A stretch of 64,000 nt of DNA from positions 1 to 64,000 of IMG/VR virus record IMGVR_UViG_3300025154_000064; one strand, given 5' to 3'. Every line of letters starts with the position of its first letter. Positions within the stretch are counted from its first letter, which is position 1. This DNA comes from a virus. Positions 63,311 to 64,000 of the stretch are shown here, in pieces. A program made the translations under genes and the position numbers. Below the pieces are notes generated by a model. It was not told the origin of the DNA, made no database searches, and saw only the letters and a list, made by a program, of their open reading frames with translations.

Positions 63311-64000
63311 ATCCCATATTCTCTCGAGAACTCAAAATCGCCAACGGTAAGCCGGACCATGAACCCAATGCGAGTAACTTCAGTTTCGCAGTCATCGCAC
63401 TTAGCCGTGTGTATCCGCGGTTCGATCGTGGCGGTTGGAATAGCCTCTTTGATTTTAAGCAGCGCATCATATTGATCTGCCGACAAATGTTCGGCATCTT
63501 CAACGTCAAACGAAACATCGTGGCGGTCATATTCATCTTCACCTTCGCACACATCGCTCTTGGTCAGTTTCTTGTAGCGATTAAAGACATCAAGAGGCGC
63601 GTAAACCTCAGCCCTGATCGCATCGATTATTTCCTGGTCCGGCAGGAAGCCGTCTTTGTATCGAAGCTTCTGGTTCTCGGTTCCGTTGGCTTCGACCCAG
63701 GCTTTGATCTGATTGACTTTGCGTTGTTCCTTAGCTATAGCTTCGGCCTTGAGAGCTTCCTGTTCGCGCTTGTATTCTTCGGCGTTGGTTCTGATTTTTT
63801 TATCCCTGATCATTTGATCGATATTATCCTCAAGATTGAGCCAGAATGCAAGCGACTTTGCGTCTTCATATGCATCTTTGATGTCTGCATTGTCTTTTAC
63901 AAGATAGTCTAACAGTAGACCTTCATCGCTACGTCTGGGATTGTTCTGCAATCCAAGGACTTCTTTTACCGTGTCAGCATAACCGATATATGGCAGCTCC
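63307..64000 (-). CDS. Hypothetical protein, 5' end beyond the window
   Basis: The frame stays open to the window edge. Confidence 0.6.
   Translation of the reverse strand, partial: ELPYIGYADTVKEVLGLQNNPRRSDEGLLLDYLVKDNADIKDAYEDAKSLAFWLNLEDNIDQMIRDKKIRTNAEEYKREQEALKAEAIAKEQRKVNQIKAWVEANGTENQKLRYKDGFLPDQEIIDAIRAEVYAPLDVFNRYKKLTKSDVCEGEDEYDRHDVSFDVEDAEHLSADQYDALLKIKEAIPTATIEPRIHTAKCDDCETEVTRIGFMVRLTVGDFEFSREYGM

Noticed and set aside
63256-63912. Long antisense ORFs (also 5533..6129, 28162..28821, 50730..51308) and the alternate-frame ORF 35958..36623
   Set aside because: Shadows of well-supported genes, without RBS or motifs
1-64000. Stop-codon recoding or selenoproteins suggested by the release-factor-like gene and the selC target
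   Set aside because: Core genes are intact in code 11, all three stops end genes, and I saw no gene split by an in-frame TGA or TAG

Overview
The window is most of a temperate, lambda-like siphovirus genome, with no host chromosome visible. From left to right: (1) small leftward genes and a ~1 kb ORF-poor, strongly structured leftward transcript driven by tandem alternative-sigma-like promoters, divergent from a phage ECF-type sigma gene; (2) a rightward morphogenesis arm (TerS, fibre/accessory genes including a C-type-lectin DGR-target-like gene, TerL, portal, S49 protease, decoration, MCP, neck, tail tube, -1 frameshifted chaperones, tape measure, gpM/L/K-like genes and a 2679-aa tip/fibre); (3) accessory genes (papain-like amidase, PIN-PhoH, P-loop kinase, lipoprotein, HNH); (4) an intact attP whose core is the 3' end of tRNA-Sec, next to a tyrosine integrase; (5) a leftward early operon (GGQ release-factor-like protein, metallopeptidase, patatin), a cI/cro switch and a rightward recombination/replication arm (Sak4, SSB, Cas4-like, HNH, helicase, Prim-Pol, VRR-NUC, nucleotide enzymes, TraR, SleB-type hydrolase, DnaQ). 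The host is inferred to be a selenocysteine-using, probably anaerobic Gram-negative bacterium. The best candidates for novelty are the sigma-linked large structured RNA, the orphan DGR variable region, a distributed 16-bp operator regulon with hairpin/terminator leaders, and selC-targeted integration. All protein calls come from motif recognition by eye, not from database searches.
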